From a virus: a DNA stretch of 64,000 nucleotides. Of this stretch, positions 1 through 8,402 are shown one piece after another. The stretch covers positions 1 through 64,000 of IMG/VR virus record IMGVR_UViG_3300036781_000236; one strand, given 5' to 3'. The position numbers and the translations under genes are program-made. The first letter of the stretch is position 1; each line of letters opens with the position of its first letter. The notes beneath the pieces were generated by a model. The model was not told the DNA's origin, did no database searches, and saw nothing but the letters and a program-made list of their open reading frames with translations.

Positions 1-24
1 GGGGGGGGGGCCCCCCCCCCCCCC
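1..24. repeat. G10-C14 homopolymer palindrome at window edge
   Basis: Directly visible; abuts the dnaB stop codon; may be an assembly/end artefact. Confidence 0.6.
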
Positions 25-1389
25 TCAAGGATCGTACCGCCGCGAAGCCGCGTTCGGCTCCCGCGCAAGGTCACCGAACGTAGTGTACCTGTCCACGAAC
101 GCGACGTTCACGGTCCCGGTGGGGCCGTTGCGGTGCTTCAACACGATCAGTTCCGCGGTGCCCTCCGTTCCCATCTCGGCAGCGTCCTCGGGATTATAAT
201 AGGAGTCACGGTAAAGAGCTATTACAACGTCAGAATCCTGCTCAACACTGCCACTCTCTCGGAGATCAGAAAGCATCGGCCTTTTGTCGTGTCTTTCCTC
301 GACTTTCCGTGATAGTTGCGAAACAGCAACGATTGGTATATTTAGTTCGCCCGCGAGTATCTTCAATGAGCGCGTTATCTGCGATATCTCCTGGGTGCGG
401 TTCTCCGTGCGCCCCGATGAGGAGATGAGTTGCAGGTAGTCCACCACGATCAGCGCCAATGGGTGACGTGCGGCCAACCGGCGTGCTTTGCCGCGGATGT
501 CGGTGATCGTGAGCAGGCTCGTGTCGTCCACGAACAGCGGTGCCGATTGGAGGTCGTTCGCTACACGACCCATCCGGGTCCAGTCGTCCCCTGTCAGTTC
601 GCCGTGCCGCATCTCCTGCGAGTCCACCCGGCCTTCCATGCTCAGGAGGCGCTGCTGGATCTCGTCGCGTCCCATCTCCAACGTGAAGAACGCGGCGGGC
701 TTCGCGAGCCGCAGCGCTACGTGGGCGCACAGGCCGAGCGCGTAAGCGGACTTGCCCATCGCGGGCCTAGCAGCGACGACGACCAGGTTCCCTGGGTGCA
801 ACCCGGCGAGCAAGCGATCTACGTCACGGATGCCTGTCGGCAACCCTGCGGCGCGTCCTTCCGCGGCGACGGCTTCGAGGCGCGCCCACGTGTCCCCCAG
901 GCCGTCCTTCACCGGCAGCAGGCCGCTCGCTTCACGGTCAGTGTCGGCGAGCGCGAACACCATCTGCTCGGCGTGGTCGACCAGTTCGTGCTCTGGCTGG
1001 TCGGCGTTCCATCCAAGCGCCGCGATCTGCCCCCCTGCGGTGACGAGTCCGCGGCGGATAGCGGCGCGGCGTATCACGCCCGCGTGATGACCCGCGGCAC
1101 CCGCGGCAGGAACCAGAGTCGCGATCTCGTGGATGCGTTCCCGTCCGCCGACTCCTTCGAGGGTGCCGTCACGGTCGAGGCGGTCCGCCAACGTGATCGC
1201 GTCCACCGCGACGCCCTCTGCGTGCAACACCAGGATGGTGTCCCACACTGTCTGGTGGGAGTGCCTGTAGAAGTCGCCAGGACGAAGCACGTCGGCGGCG
1301 GCTTCGATAGCCCGCGGCGACAGCATCGCGGCACCCAATACGTACTCCTCGGCGTCTAGTGCTTGAGGCGGGACGCGACTGTCAGCCAT
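25..1389 (-). CDS. dnaB: Replicative DNA helicase DnaB
   Basis: N-terminal PPQALDAEEYVLG, Walker A AARPAMGKS, IVVDYLQL, SQLSR, DLRESGSVEQDSD, KHRNGPTG; normal length, no intein. Confidence 0.97.
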   Translation of the reverse strand: MADSRVPPQALDAEEYVLGAAMLSPRAIEAAADVLRPGDFYRHSHQTVWDTILVLHAEGVAVDAITLADRLDRDGTLEGVGGRERIHEIATLVPAAGAAGHHAGVIRRAAIRRGLVTAGGQIAALGWNADQPEHELVDHAEQMVFALADTDREASGLLPVKDGLGDTWARLEAVAAEGRAAGLPTGIRDVDRLLAGLHPGNLVVVAARPAMGKSAYALGLCAHVALRLAKPAAFFTLEMGRDEIQQRLLSMEGRVDSQEMRHGELTGDDWTRMGRVANDLQSAPLFVDDTSLLTITDIRGKARRLAARHPLALIVVDYLQLISSSGRTENRTQEISQITRSLKILAGELNIPIVAVSQLSRKVEERHDKRPMLSDLRESGSVEQDSDVVIALYRDSYYNPEDAAEMGTEGTAELIVLKHRNGPTGTVNVAFVDRYTTFGDLAREPNAASRRYDP

Positions 1390-1498
1390 GCCGAGGGCAA
1401 CTCTCTACATGATTACCAGTTCTTCTTTTATAGCTTCTACAACAGCATCTCTTCTGTGCGAGAAGACGGTATCGAACATAGCATCTAAGTATTCTCAT
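1382..1498 (-). CDS. Small Cys/Arg-rich hypothetical protein (38 aa, MRILRCYVRY...)
   Basis: Not in ORF track; ATG overlaps the methyltransferase stop (ATGA) and its stop overlaps the dnaB start region; AT-rich. Confidence 0.4.
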   Translation of the reverse strand: MRILRCYVRYRLLAQKRCCCRSYKRRTGNHVESCPRHG

Positions 1499-2169
1499 GT
1501 AACTACCTCGGCTCCCAATAGGTTCGATAAAAACTGAATGCCGATGAACTCGGTGAACCGGGGTGGGATCGCCTCGACTAGCTCACGGCGGTTCATCCAG
1601 TCGATGCCCATAGACTGCGGGCCAGCGTGGAGGGATTTCCCTCCACCATGCCCATAGACTGCGGGCCAGCGTCTCAGCCTTGTTTTGCCGTGCTCGTAGA
1701 CAGGAAAGGCTGGCTCCGCCAGCTTATGACGGCACGGCCAATCAGGTGGTCTCAACACCCAGTTCGTCTCGAACAAGCGGTGCCTGTCCTGGAAGACGGG
1801 GTCGAACATCGAGCCGCATAGCAACAATGGTTCGTGTAGTTCAGCGGCGGCGTCCGGGACGTTCTCGATGACGTACGGCAATCCTGTCGCGTCGAGCATG
1901 TCTCGTACGGGCGCGATCAGGCGTGGGTGGTGGTCACCACCGAGCTTCGTGTATGCCTGACATGGTGGTGATGCGTGGATCGCATCGAACCCGTTTAGGA
2001 ACCACAGTTCGAGTTCCAGCACGTCTGCTTGGAGGAAGTGATCACCGATATAGCGCGGCGACGCGGTGAGATCGACACCCCACACCTCAAAACCCGCATC
2101 CTGATAGCCGCGAGTGCATCCACCCGCACCGCAAAAGAGGTCGAGGAGACGAGGACGTGGGTCAGCCAT
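1495..2169 (-). CDS. Short phage DNA (cytosine-5) methyltransferase
   Basis: LLDLFCGAGG (motif I), HASPPCQ (motif IV), IENV (motif VI), R-H-R-x-F-E, AIPP; start moved to MADPRP. Confidence 0.9.
   Translation of the reverse strand: MADPRPRLLDLFCGAGGCTRGYQDAGFEVWGVDLTASPRYIGDHFLQADVLELELWFLNGFDAIHASPPCQAYTKLGGDHHPRLIAPVRDMLDATGLPYVIENVPDAAAELHEPLLLCGSMFDPVFQDRHRLFETNWVLRPPDWPCRHKLAEPAFPVYEHGKTRLRRWPAVYGHGGGKSLHAGPQSMGIDWMNRRELVEAIPPRFTEFIGIQFLSNLLGAEVVT
1604..1672. repeat. Two perfect 25-bp direct repeats (1604-1628, 1648-1672) flanking a 9-bp inverted repeat
   Basis: ATGCCCATAGACTGCGGGCCAGCGT occurs twice, 44 bp apart; GTGGAGGGA-TT-TCCCTCCAC lies between. Confidence 0.9.
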
Positions 2170-3097
2170 CGGTGCCGTCACCCCACGAGAAGCCGTCGTC
2201 CTCACCCAAGCCGTACAGCTTCACGTGTCCCGTCGCGGTGCGTTCGGGCATCCCTTCGAGTTCGCTCCACCATCTACGCAAAGCGGTCGGGGTCAGCATC
2301 GCGTCGGGCATCTTACGGCGGTACATCGCAGCCCGCTCCACGATCTTCGCTGCGAGGGCACGCTCGAACCTGTCTCCGTTCGCCTCAGCGAGCGCTTCGA
2401 CGCGCGTGGCGGCTTCGGCCCACATCACGAGTTCACGCCAGTACAGCGCCCTGATGCCTCGCCGGTCGGCGGCGCGCTTCGCGCCGTTCAACGCTGTGGC
2501 GAGCGCTCCCGCGTTGCCCCCGCCTGGGTCAACCCCGCACTCATGGGCGAGTGTGTCGAGGGGTAGGTTGCGTCCCTCGATCTTCGTCAGCTTCGGAACG
2601 TCTCCCTCAAGGGAGACGTTAGTCTCCCCTTCTGGTTCTTCCTTCTGTCCTAGCAAGGATCGCCCGCGCGTAGGGATTCCCGCTTTGACTGGTTCCTGTT
2701 CCCCGAAATCCGGGATACTGAGAAGTACGTCGTAGACGGTGTAGAGGTTCGGTTTTCCCTGCCCGCGACGCTTCACTACCACCAACTTCTGTCCGTCAGG
2801 ATTACCCGCGTCACACGGCTCATTGGATAGCTCACGCATGTGCTTCGTGACTTGATTCACGCTCACACAGATCGCCTTCGCTATCTCTTCTGTCGGCGGT
2901 TCACACCACTGGCGGTGTTGCCTGAATAGGGCTAGATGACGTAGGTATCCGTAGAGGACCTTTGCCCCAAGGCTGAGAGTGTCGCGTGCTGCTAGCGACT
3001 CCGGGATCTTGATGAAGAAGTTGTCGGCCTTCGCGTTTCCGAACACCACGAGGGGTTCGTCAGGCGCGTCGTCCTGTCGATGCAGTACAGTGCTCAT
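2162..3097 (-). CDS. HTH replication initiator (RepA/O-like)
   Basis: LSLGAKVLYGYL...EEIAKAICVSVNQVTKHMREL winged-HTH and RRGQGKPNLY; adjacent to dnaB. Confidence 0.75.
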   Translation of the reverse strand: MSTVLHRQDDAPDEPLVVFGNAKADNFFIKIPESLAARDTLSLGAKVLYGYLRHLALFRQHRQWCEPPTEEIAKAICVSVNQVTKHMRELSNEPCDAGNPDGQKLVVVKRRGQGKPNLYTVYDVLLSIPDFGEQEPVKAGIPTRGRSLLGQKEEPEGETNVSLEGDVPKLTKIEGRNLPLDTLAHECGVDPGGGNAGALATALNGAKRAADRRGIRALYWRELVMWAEAATRVEALAEANGDRFERALAAKIVERAAMYRRKMPDAMLTPTALRRWWSELEGMPERTATGHVKLYGLGEDDGFSWGDGTDG

Positions 3098-3135
3098 TGC
3101 GTCCTTTCTCTGCCCATAGGAAGGCAAGGACTCAC

Positions 3136-3163
3136 GAAAGCCGCTCTCGCCGGGGCGGCTTTC
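3136..3163. terminator. Stem-loop, probable terminator
   Basis: GAAAGCCGC...GCGGCTTTC inverted repeat followed by TCTTTG in an intergenic gap. Confidence 0.55.
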
Positions 3164-3254
3164 TCTTTGACGGGGGTAGATGGCGGGGACGGGAGTTTAG
3201 CGCAACCGCGGCATGGGTATCAGCGCGCCGCTCACGCTCCTAGCGGGAACTTCG

Positions 3255-3773
3255 TCACGTCCGCGTGACACGGCGGTGCCTGCGACGGAAGCGCCACCCG
3301 AGGTCGCCAGGGGAGCGGAACCCGCGCACAGTGGTGCCGTCCTTGAACCCGATGTACGCCAAGTACCGCATGCCGTGGCCGCAGCACGCGAACCTTACCC
3401 CTGGAAGCACACCCAGGCACGGGTCAACATCATCAGGGTCGGCTTTCGTCATGTGGCAGGTGCGGCACGTCAGGCCGTCCCAGCGTCGGTCGGCGCGCCA
3501 CCCGATCCCCACCAGTGGCGTGTCCCACTTGACGATCTCGTAGGGACGTTTGAGCGTCGCCCACCACGAGCGGCGGCGGTTACGCCACCGGCACGAACGA
3601 CACACCCCGGACGGGTGGTGTGAGCAACGTGTCTGCTGCATTCCATGCGTGGTGAGCATCCATGCATTGATGCGTCCGCTAAGCCAGGGGTCGACCGCGC
3701 TAGGCACACGGTCGCCGCTCTCCGCGTAGATGACCCCGCCGTCTATGAATTCCAATCCGCCTTCTTCGGTCAC
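3255..3773 (-). CDS. Hypothetical Cys-rich protein
   Basis: Coupled ORF; DPCLGVLPGVRFACCGHG motif. Confidence 0.6.
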   Translation of the reverse strand: MTEEGGLEFIDGGVIYAESGDRVPSAVDPWLSGRINAWMLTTHGMQQTRCSHHPSGVCRSCRWRNRRRSWWATLKRPYEIVKWDTPLVGIGWRADRRWDGLTCRTCHMTKADPDDVDPCLGVLPGVRFACCGHGMRYLAYIGFKDGTTVRGFRSPGDLGWRFRRRHRRVTRT

Positions 3774-3961
3774 TGCGCCGCACGCCTGTCAGCCTCAGCG
3801 AGCAGCGCCAACTGGTAAGCCGCCTCACCGCGCCGCCCAAGTATCTCGTCTTCGAGTTCAGCGTCGGAGAGCATGCGGATCACGCGGCTGTAGTCCGGCG
3901 GCCGGTCAGGCCCAGGCTTGTCGATGGGATAGTGACGTGCCTTCCCGAAACCTTCGCTCAC
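3770..3961 (-). CDS. Hypothetical protein
   Basis: 4-bp overlaps with both neighbours. Confidence 0.6.
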   Translation of the reverse strand: MSEGFGKARHYPIDKPGPDRPPDYSRVIRMLSDAELEDEILGRRGEAAYQLALLAEADRRAAQ

Positions 3962-4905
3962 GGCTTCGGCTCCCCGAACTGGATGCCCTCGTCCGGCAGC
4001 CCTTCATCCGTGGCAACCGTTGCGAGACGCTCGTGCGCGGCAGCGAGAGCCTCAGCGACGTACTCCGGGTGGAGCTGCCCCCGGTTCTGCGCACGTCGTT
4101 CCGCGAAGCGCTGCTCGATCTTCACGAGCGAGTGTCCCTCCTCAAGCAGTACGGCGCGTAGTTCCGCGATCTCTTCCTCGGTAGCGGCCAGGATCGGCTC
4201 CATCGCTGCGCCCTCGCTCAGCCACGCGGTGAGCTTCCCAGCGATCTCGTCGCCGTCTTCCACGAGGTTCCCGGACTGCCCTTCCAGGCTGTCCACGTGG
4301 CCTGTCCACTCCACAAGGTGGGTGGTGCGGTCGAAGTTCCCGACAAGGGAGAACTCGTACTGGAAGTCGGCGTCCTGCATGGGACCGACGCCGAGCGCGA
4401 CAACGGACACCTTCTTCGAGCCGTTCGCCTGCTCAACCTCGACCTGCTCGTACTTCATCTTCGCCCTTGTGCAGACGATCACGTGACACTGCATCGAGTT
4501 CATCCTGTCCACGAACTTCTGGTGCAGAGGGCGTGCTTTCGCCCAGTCCCCGAACCGGGACGCAAGCTGCGTCACCCCGTTCGTCCCGTACCACTCGTGT
4601 GTTGCGGAGTCGAGGATCACGACGCCGCCGGGGGTGATCTGCTCCGCGGCGTCCCAAGCTTCGATGAACCGTTCCGGGTGGTGATCGTCTAGCACCTCGA
4701 TCAGCGCGTCGATCTTGAAGCGGTCCGCGTACAGTTTCCCGCGGTTAGCTTCCGTGTTGATCAGCGTGATAGGGAGCGTGCCGTCGAAGAGACGGGAGGC
4801 TAGCTCGAACGACCCGCGGCTTTTCCCGCTTCCCCCAGGGCCGATAAGCCCAACCCTGGCCCACACCTGCTCGCGTTTCACGTCACGTTCGATTGTGATT
4901 GGCAC
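3958..4905 (-). CDS. AAA_24 / Sak4-like P-loop ATPase (recombination)
   Basis: GPGGSGKS Walker A, INTE, ILDSATHEW, CTRAK, FQYEF; strong RBS GAAGGAG. Confidence 0.85.
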   Translation of the reverse strand: MPITIERDVKREQVWARVGLIGPGGSGKSRGSFELASRLFDGTLPITLINTEANRGKLYADRFKIDALIEVLDDHHPERFIEAWDAAEQITPGGVVILDSATHEWYGTNGVTQLASRFGDWAKARPLHQKFVDRMNSMQCHVIVCTRAKMKYEQVEVEQANGSKKVSVVALGVGPMQDADFQYEFSLVGNFDRTTHLVEWTGHVDSLEGQSGNLVEDGDEIAGKLTAWLSEGAAMEPILAATEEEIAELRAVLLEEGHSLVKIEQRFAERRAQNRGQLHPEYVAEALAAAHERLATVATDEGLPDEGIQFGEPKP

Positions 4906-4985
4906 ATCTGCTCCTTCGGTTCGTGGTGGCCGACCACCCCGGAGGGTGGTTTCGTGCCGCTAGCGCGGACTACTCATCAGGGCCG

Positions 4986-5405
4986 CTACTTACCCGCAGT
5001 CTTCGCTGCCTCCGGTGCGCTCGTAGGGACAACAGGAAGCCCCGTTTTCGGGTTAGTCGGGATGTAGATCACCGTGTTATTCGTGCCAGACGTAGCAATG
5101 GACTCCATTGCTTTCGTCATCTCGTAAGCGACATAGATCGGTGTGAGCGTACGCGCGATCTCGTCCTGCGCCTTACGTACACCCACTGACTGCTGGTACT
5201 GGATGTCGGCTTGCTGTTTCGCGATCAGCACGCGCTGCGCCTGGTTCTTGATCTCGATGGCAGACACCTTCACGCTGTTGTTCGCGTTGGCTCGTGCCTG
5301 GTAGCGACCATAGGCCGGGAACACGATCATGCAAACAGCGACCACTACGACCACAATCGCTGCGATTCCCGTCCAAAGAGCCACGATCTGCTTAGTCGAC
5401 CACAT
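4986..5405 (-). CDS. Membrane-anchored coiled-coil protein (SPFH/band-7-like fragment)
   Basis: N-terminal TM helix, TLTPIYVAYE, VIYIPT C-terminus; RBS GAAGGAG. Confidence 0.65.
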   Translation of the reverse strand: MWSTKQIVALWTGIAAIVVVVVAVCMIVFPAYGRYQARANANNSVKVSAIEIKNQAQRVLIAKQQADIQYQQSVGVRKAQDEIARTLTPIYVAYEMTKAMESIATSGTNNTVIYIPTNPKTGLPVVPTSAPEAAKTAGK

Positions 5406-5427
5406 GCTTGGTTTAGTCTCCTTCGGG

Positions 5428-5458
5428 TTCGTATAGCTGGTTTGTCACGCGGGCGTGA
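5428..5458 (-). promoter_or_regulatory. Composite element: palindrome TCACGCCCGCGTGA + 4 bp + CCAGCTATACGAA
   Basis: Directly visible; palindrome overlaps the stop of 5445..6056 and precedes the 4986..5405 RBS. Confidence 0.8.
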
Positions 5459-6056
5459 GGCTTGAGTCGAGCGACACGCGCAACGCGCGCACCCATTCCG
5501 TCCTTGTGCGGCACCGCTCGATCTCGTCGTCACGGCTCCCACGGGCACGCAGCAGCGTCGCCTTCGCGTGCATGATCTCCGTGTCACGCACGACACCCAC
5601 TGGACGCTCGAACGGATCGGGGTAGGAGCCGTCACCGCAGTCGAACTCGATGGATGACTTGATCTGATCCACCATGAACTCGCGCAGCCCATCATGCTCG
5701 TCGGTAGGCGGCACCCACGCCTGCGCCTGCGCGAGCATCGCCTCGTACCTCACCCGCCGCTCTCCCTCCTCCACCGAGTGCTTGCGGTGCAACTCGGTCT
5801 CCTCCGCGACACGGCTCGTCTCGAACTCACGCCACTGGTCTAGCGTCCACCCTTCCAGTTCACGAAGCCGTGCCTCCGCCTTCGTGACGTTCTCCTCGTA
5901 GTACGGGGACGGCTCAAACACGTCTGGCACCTCAGCCTCTGTGGGGTCGTCGCGCATCGTGGCAAGTGCGCCGAACGCGCGGGCGCACTCCATCGCGAAG
6001 TCCGCGAACGTCTGCGGCTCCCCCTCGTACAACTTGGCGGTGTATCCGGTAGGCAC
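5445..6056 (-). CDS. Conserved phage hypothetical protein (MPTGYTA... type)
   Basis: MPTGYTAKL...FAMECARAFGA...WVPPTDEHDGLREFM pattern; RBS AAGGAG. Confidence 0.75.
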   Translation of the reverse strand: MPTGYTAKLYEGEPQTFADFAMECARAFGALATMRDDPTEAEVPDVFEPSPYYEENVTKAEARLRELEGWTLDQWREFETSRVAEETELHRKHSVEEGERRVRYEAMLAQAQAWVPPTDEHDGLREFMVDQIKSSIEFDCGDGSYPDPFERPVGVVRDTEIMHAKATLLRARGSRDDEIERCRTRTEWVRALRVSLDSSLTPA

Positions 6057-6138
6057 ATCTGCTCCTTTCGTTAGCCGCGCCTGCGGCCGTTAGGGGTCAA
6101 CGCGACGATCACGAGCAACACGACGACGACCCACACCA

Positions 6139-6348
6139 TCACGCTGCCTCCGCTTCCTGCTCCTCGAACACCGACCGCTGAGTGGCATTGCATGCGTCCA
6201 TCCACCTGGCGCGCGACTCGACCACCCACCGCAGCTGACGCACCGCCGCCGAGATCGCGCGCCGCTGCTCCCCGGTGAGTCCAGCGAGCGCCTGCTCCGC
6301 GTCGTTCGCGGCAGCCAGCGCCGCCTGAGCATGCTTGTCCGTGGTCAT
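6139..6348 (-). CDS. Hypothetical protein
   Basis: Coupled small ORF in early operon. Confidence 0.6.
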   Translation of the reverse strand: MTTDKHAQAALAAANDAEQALAGLTGEQRRAISAAVRQLRWVVESRARWMDACNATQRSVFEEQEAEAA

Positions 6349-6677
6349 CTCGCCGCTTTCGCGAATCCCTCGTTGAGCCGTGCGACCTTCGCGACGAATG
6401 GCTCCAGCGGCTTGACGAACGCGACCGCAAAATCGCGCATAGCGCAGTCCACGAGCATCACCTGCGCGGTCATGTCTCCGCGCTTGGCAGCGAGCCGGAG
6501 CGCGAGACGGAACTCATCCTCGCGTACTTCACCCCACCCGCGCGTTGCCGTCTGGAACGCCTGCGCGTCCTCGCGCCGGACACGGCGGGCGCTGCGCTTC
6601 CAGTCCCGCATCGACCACCACGCCAGCATCCCCGCGAACGGGAATACGACAACCGCGACCCACACCGTGTCGTTCAA
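6345..6677 (-). CDS. Hypothetical membrane protein
   Basis: TTG start after AGGAGGAG; one TM helix. Confidence 0.55.
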   Translation of the reverse strand: MNDTVWVAVVVFPFAGMLAWWSMRDWKRSARRVRREDAQAFQTATRGWGEVREDEFRLALRLAAKRGDMTAQVMLVDCAMRDFAVAFVKPLEPFVAKVARLNEGFAKAAR

Positions 6678-6859
6678 TACTCCTCCTTCTCGTTCGCGAA
6701 GTCGATTCGCGACTGCTTGATGTTGTTGCCGTGCGCCACAAGACTCCCGTACTCGATGACATCGCCGTCGTAGAGAGTGTTGAGCAGATCGAGAAGGGTC
6801 TCTTCGAGAATGTTCACGCGCGCAACCAGCGCGGGAACATTGACCTCCCCACCATTCAT
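6674..6859 (-). CDS. Hypothetical protein
   Basis: Coupled small ORF. Confidence 0.6.
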   Translation of the reverse strand: MNGGEVNVPALVARVNILEETLLDLLNTLYDGDVIEYGSLVAHGNNIKQSRIDFANEKEEY

Positions 6860-7200
6860 GCTGCATCTCCCTTCCCGTAGAAATCAGCCAGTGTCTCGAA
6901 CTCCGTGCCGTCCCCGCTAGCGATCTCGCGGATGACCTCGGTCAGATCCGTGGTGCGCCTACCGAGCACCTGCTCCCGCTCGGCGGGAGCGGCGCGCAGG
7001 AACGCCACGCGGTGCGTCTCACGAGCCGCGATCCACTCATGGCACGGCCGGAGGGCTTCCGCGAACATCGCGGCCTGGTCGTACTCGAACCGCACCACGA
7101 TCTCACCGTGGTCGGTGTCGATGCGGAGGTACTGCCCGTCGGGGCCGTCGTCATCGAACACGACACCGTGCAGGTCACCCATGTACGTGCTGTCGCTCAT
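6856..7200 (-). CDS. Hypothetical protein
   Basis: RBS GGGAG; coupled. Confidence 0.65.
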   Translation of the reverse strand: MSDSTYMGDLHGVVFDDDGPDGQYLRIDTDHGEIVVRFEYDQAAMFAEALRPCHEWIAARETHRVAFLRAAPAEREQVLGRRTTDLTEVIREIASGDGTEFETLADFYGKGDAA

Positions 7201-7206
7201 GTCTCC

Positions 7207-7392
7207 CTACCCCTCGTAGTCGTCGTTGAACTGCTCGCACGAGACGATCTCCTCGCCCATGCTGTTCACGTTCGCATCGTCCCACTCTGCGATGAGATCG
7301 CCGCGGTAGATGCGCGCGGCCTGCTCGTCCTCAGCGTCGATGATCCATGTGGCGATGTACGAGCGCTTCTCGCTGACCTGGAACCGCGGCAT
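7207..7392 (-). CDS. Hypothetical acidic protein
   Basis: RBS GGAGG; coupled. Confidence 0.6.
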   Translation of the reverse strand: MPRFQVSEKRSYIATWIIDAEDEQAARIYRGDLIAEWDDANVNSMGEEIVSCEQFNDDYEG

Positions 7393-7571
7393 CAGTCCTC
7401 CGTCCCGTCGTCGCAGGGGTCATCCTCGCACCGCTCCGCCAGCACCTCAGCAGCATGCTCGTACGCCATGAACCCGAGGACACCCTCGGTGCCGTGCTCG
7501 CGGCCGACCCAGGCGTACCCGAAGTCAGCCATCGGGTCGTCGGGGATATCAGCGTTCTTGTCGTAGATCAC
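7392..7571 (-). CDS. Hypothetical acidic protein (59 aa, MIYDKNADIP...)
   Basis: Not in ORF track; GTGA overlap upstream and TGATG overlap downstream fill the gap exactly. Confidence 0.6.
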   Translation of the reverse strand: MIYDKNADIPDDPMADFGYAWVGREHGTEGVLGFMAYEHAAEVLAERCEDDPCDDGTED

Positions 7572-7801
7572 GACGCCTCGTTCTGTTCGGTGTTCTCGAT
7601 GATGAAGCGTGCATTGTTGATTCGGACGAGGGCCTGGTTGAAGCAGGAACGGGCCTCATCCACATAGATACGAGCTTCGTCGTCCAGTGTCAGATACTGC
7701 GTGAGAACCTCCGCTGCGCGCGCAGCGCTCTCCGCTGTATCAGCCAGATCGGTGAGTTCACCGAGAGCGATCTGCGATTGAAAGGCCATGCCGTAGCTCA
7801 T
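7568..7801 (-). CDS. Hypothetical protein
   Basis: Coupled small ORF. Confidence 0.6.
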   Translation of the reverse strand: MSYGMAFQSQIALGELTDLADTAESAARAAEVLTQYLTLDDEARIYVDEARSCFNQALVRINNARFIIENTEQNEAS

Positions 7802-8136
7802 CGAATCAACACGCGCTGGTCGTCAGCCCAGTCGTACAGACCGTCGAGAACAACATTGAAGTGCCCTGCGTCCGCGTTCTCGTCTCCATCCACGAAACCG
7901 ATGGTGTGAAACTCATCGCTTATCTGCTCGATCTCGTCATCCTCGGCCCACATGCCGTTGAAGGCTTCGATGCGGTACTTCTCAAGCCTCTCGTGGAGAG
8001 TGCGCGCCGCCATAGCGGTCACGGCAGGACTGTCCTCGTCCCCAAGGAGATCTTTCACATGGAAGGAGGTGCGCCACCCGCTGTGGGTGACCGACGGCTC
8101 CGTCTGCCACTTGGATTCTTTCATCTTGTTGGACAT
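7798..8136 (-). CDS. Hypothetical protein, first gene of early operon
   Basis: RBS GGAGG; directly downstream of a strong promoter. Confidence 0.7.
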   Translation of the reverse strand: MSNKMKESKWQTEPSVTHSGWRTSFHVKDLLGDEDSPAVTAMAARTLHERLEKYRIEAFNGMWAEDDEIEQISDEFHTIGFVDGDENADAGHFNVVLDGLYDWADDQRVLIR

Positions 8137-8173
8137 CTGCTACCTCCGTGTTCGTGGTGATCGTGACTCCCCA

Positions 8174-8202
8174 AGACTACATACCCTGCTATACGAAGTC
8201 AA
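8174..8202 (-). promoter_or_regulatory. SigA-type promoter TTGACT-17-TAGTCT with embedded TTCGTATAGCAGG box
   Basis: Exact 17-bp spacer; near-identical cassettes at 33689 and 42189. Confidence 0.85.
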
Positions 8203-8402
8203 GGGTGGGTTGCATCACGCTCGCGTGACCCATATAGCAGGCTGTTTGCTTTCGGGCGCACCAGTGTGTAACAATCCACGCTTTCCCCCGTCACCTAGCA
8301 AGGGAGGGCCGACCAGAAGGAACCAGCAAGCCGATGGGCGCGCGTTGAGGAGGAGGCACCGCAACAACACGCGGCGCGCGCACCCTTCGACACTGGAGGC
8401 AA

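Noticed and set aside
25-1389. Intein in DnaB
   Set aside because: 454 aa with contiguous motifs; no intein blocks
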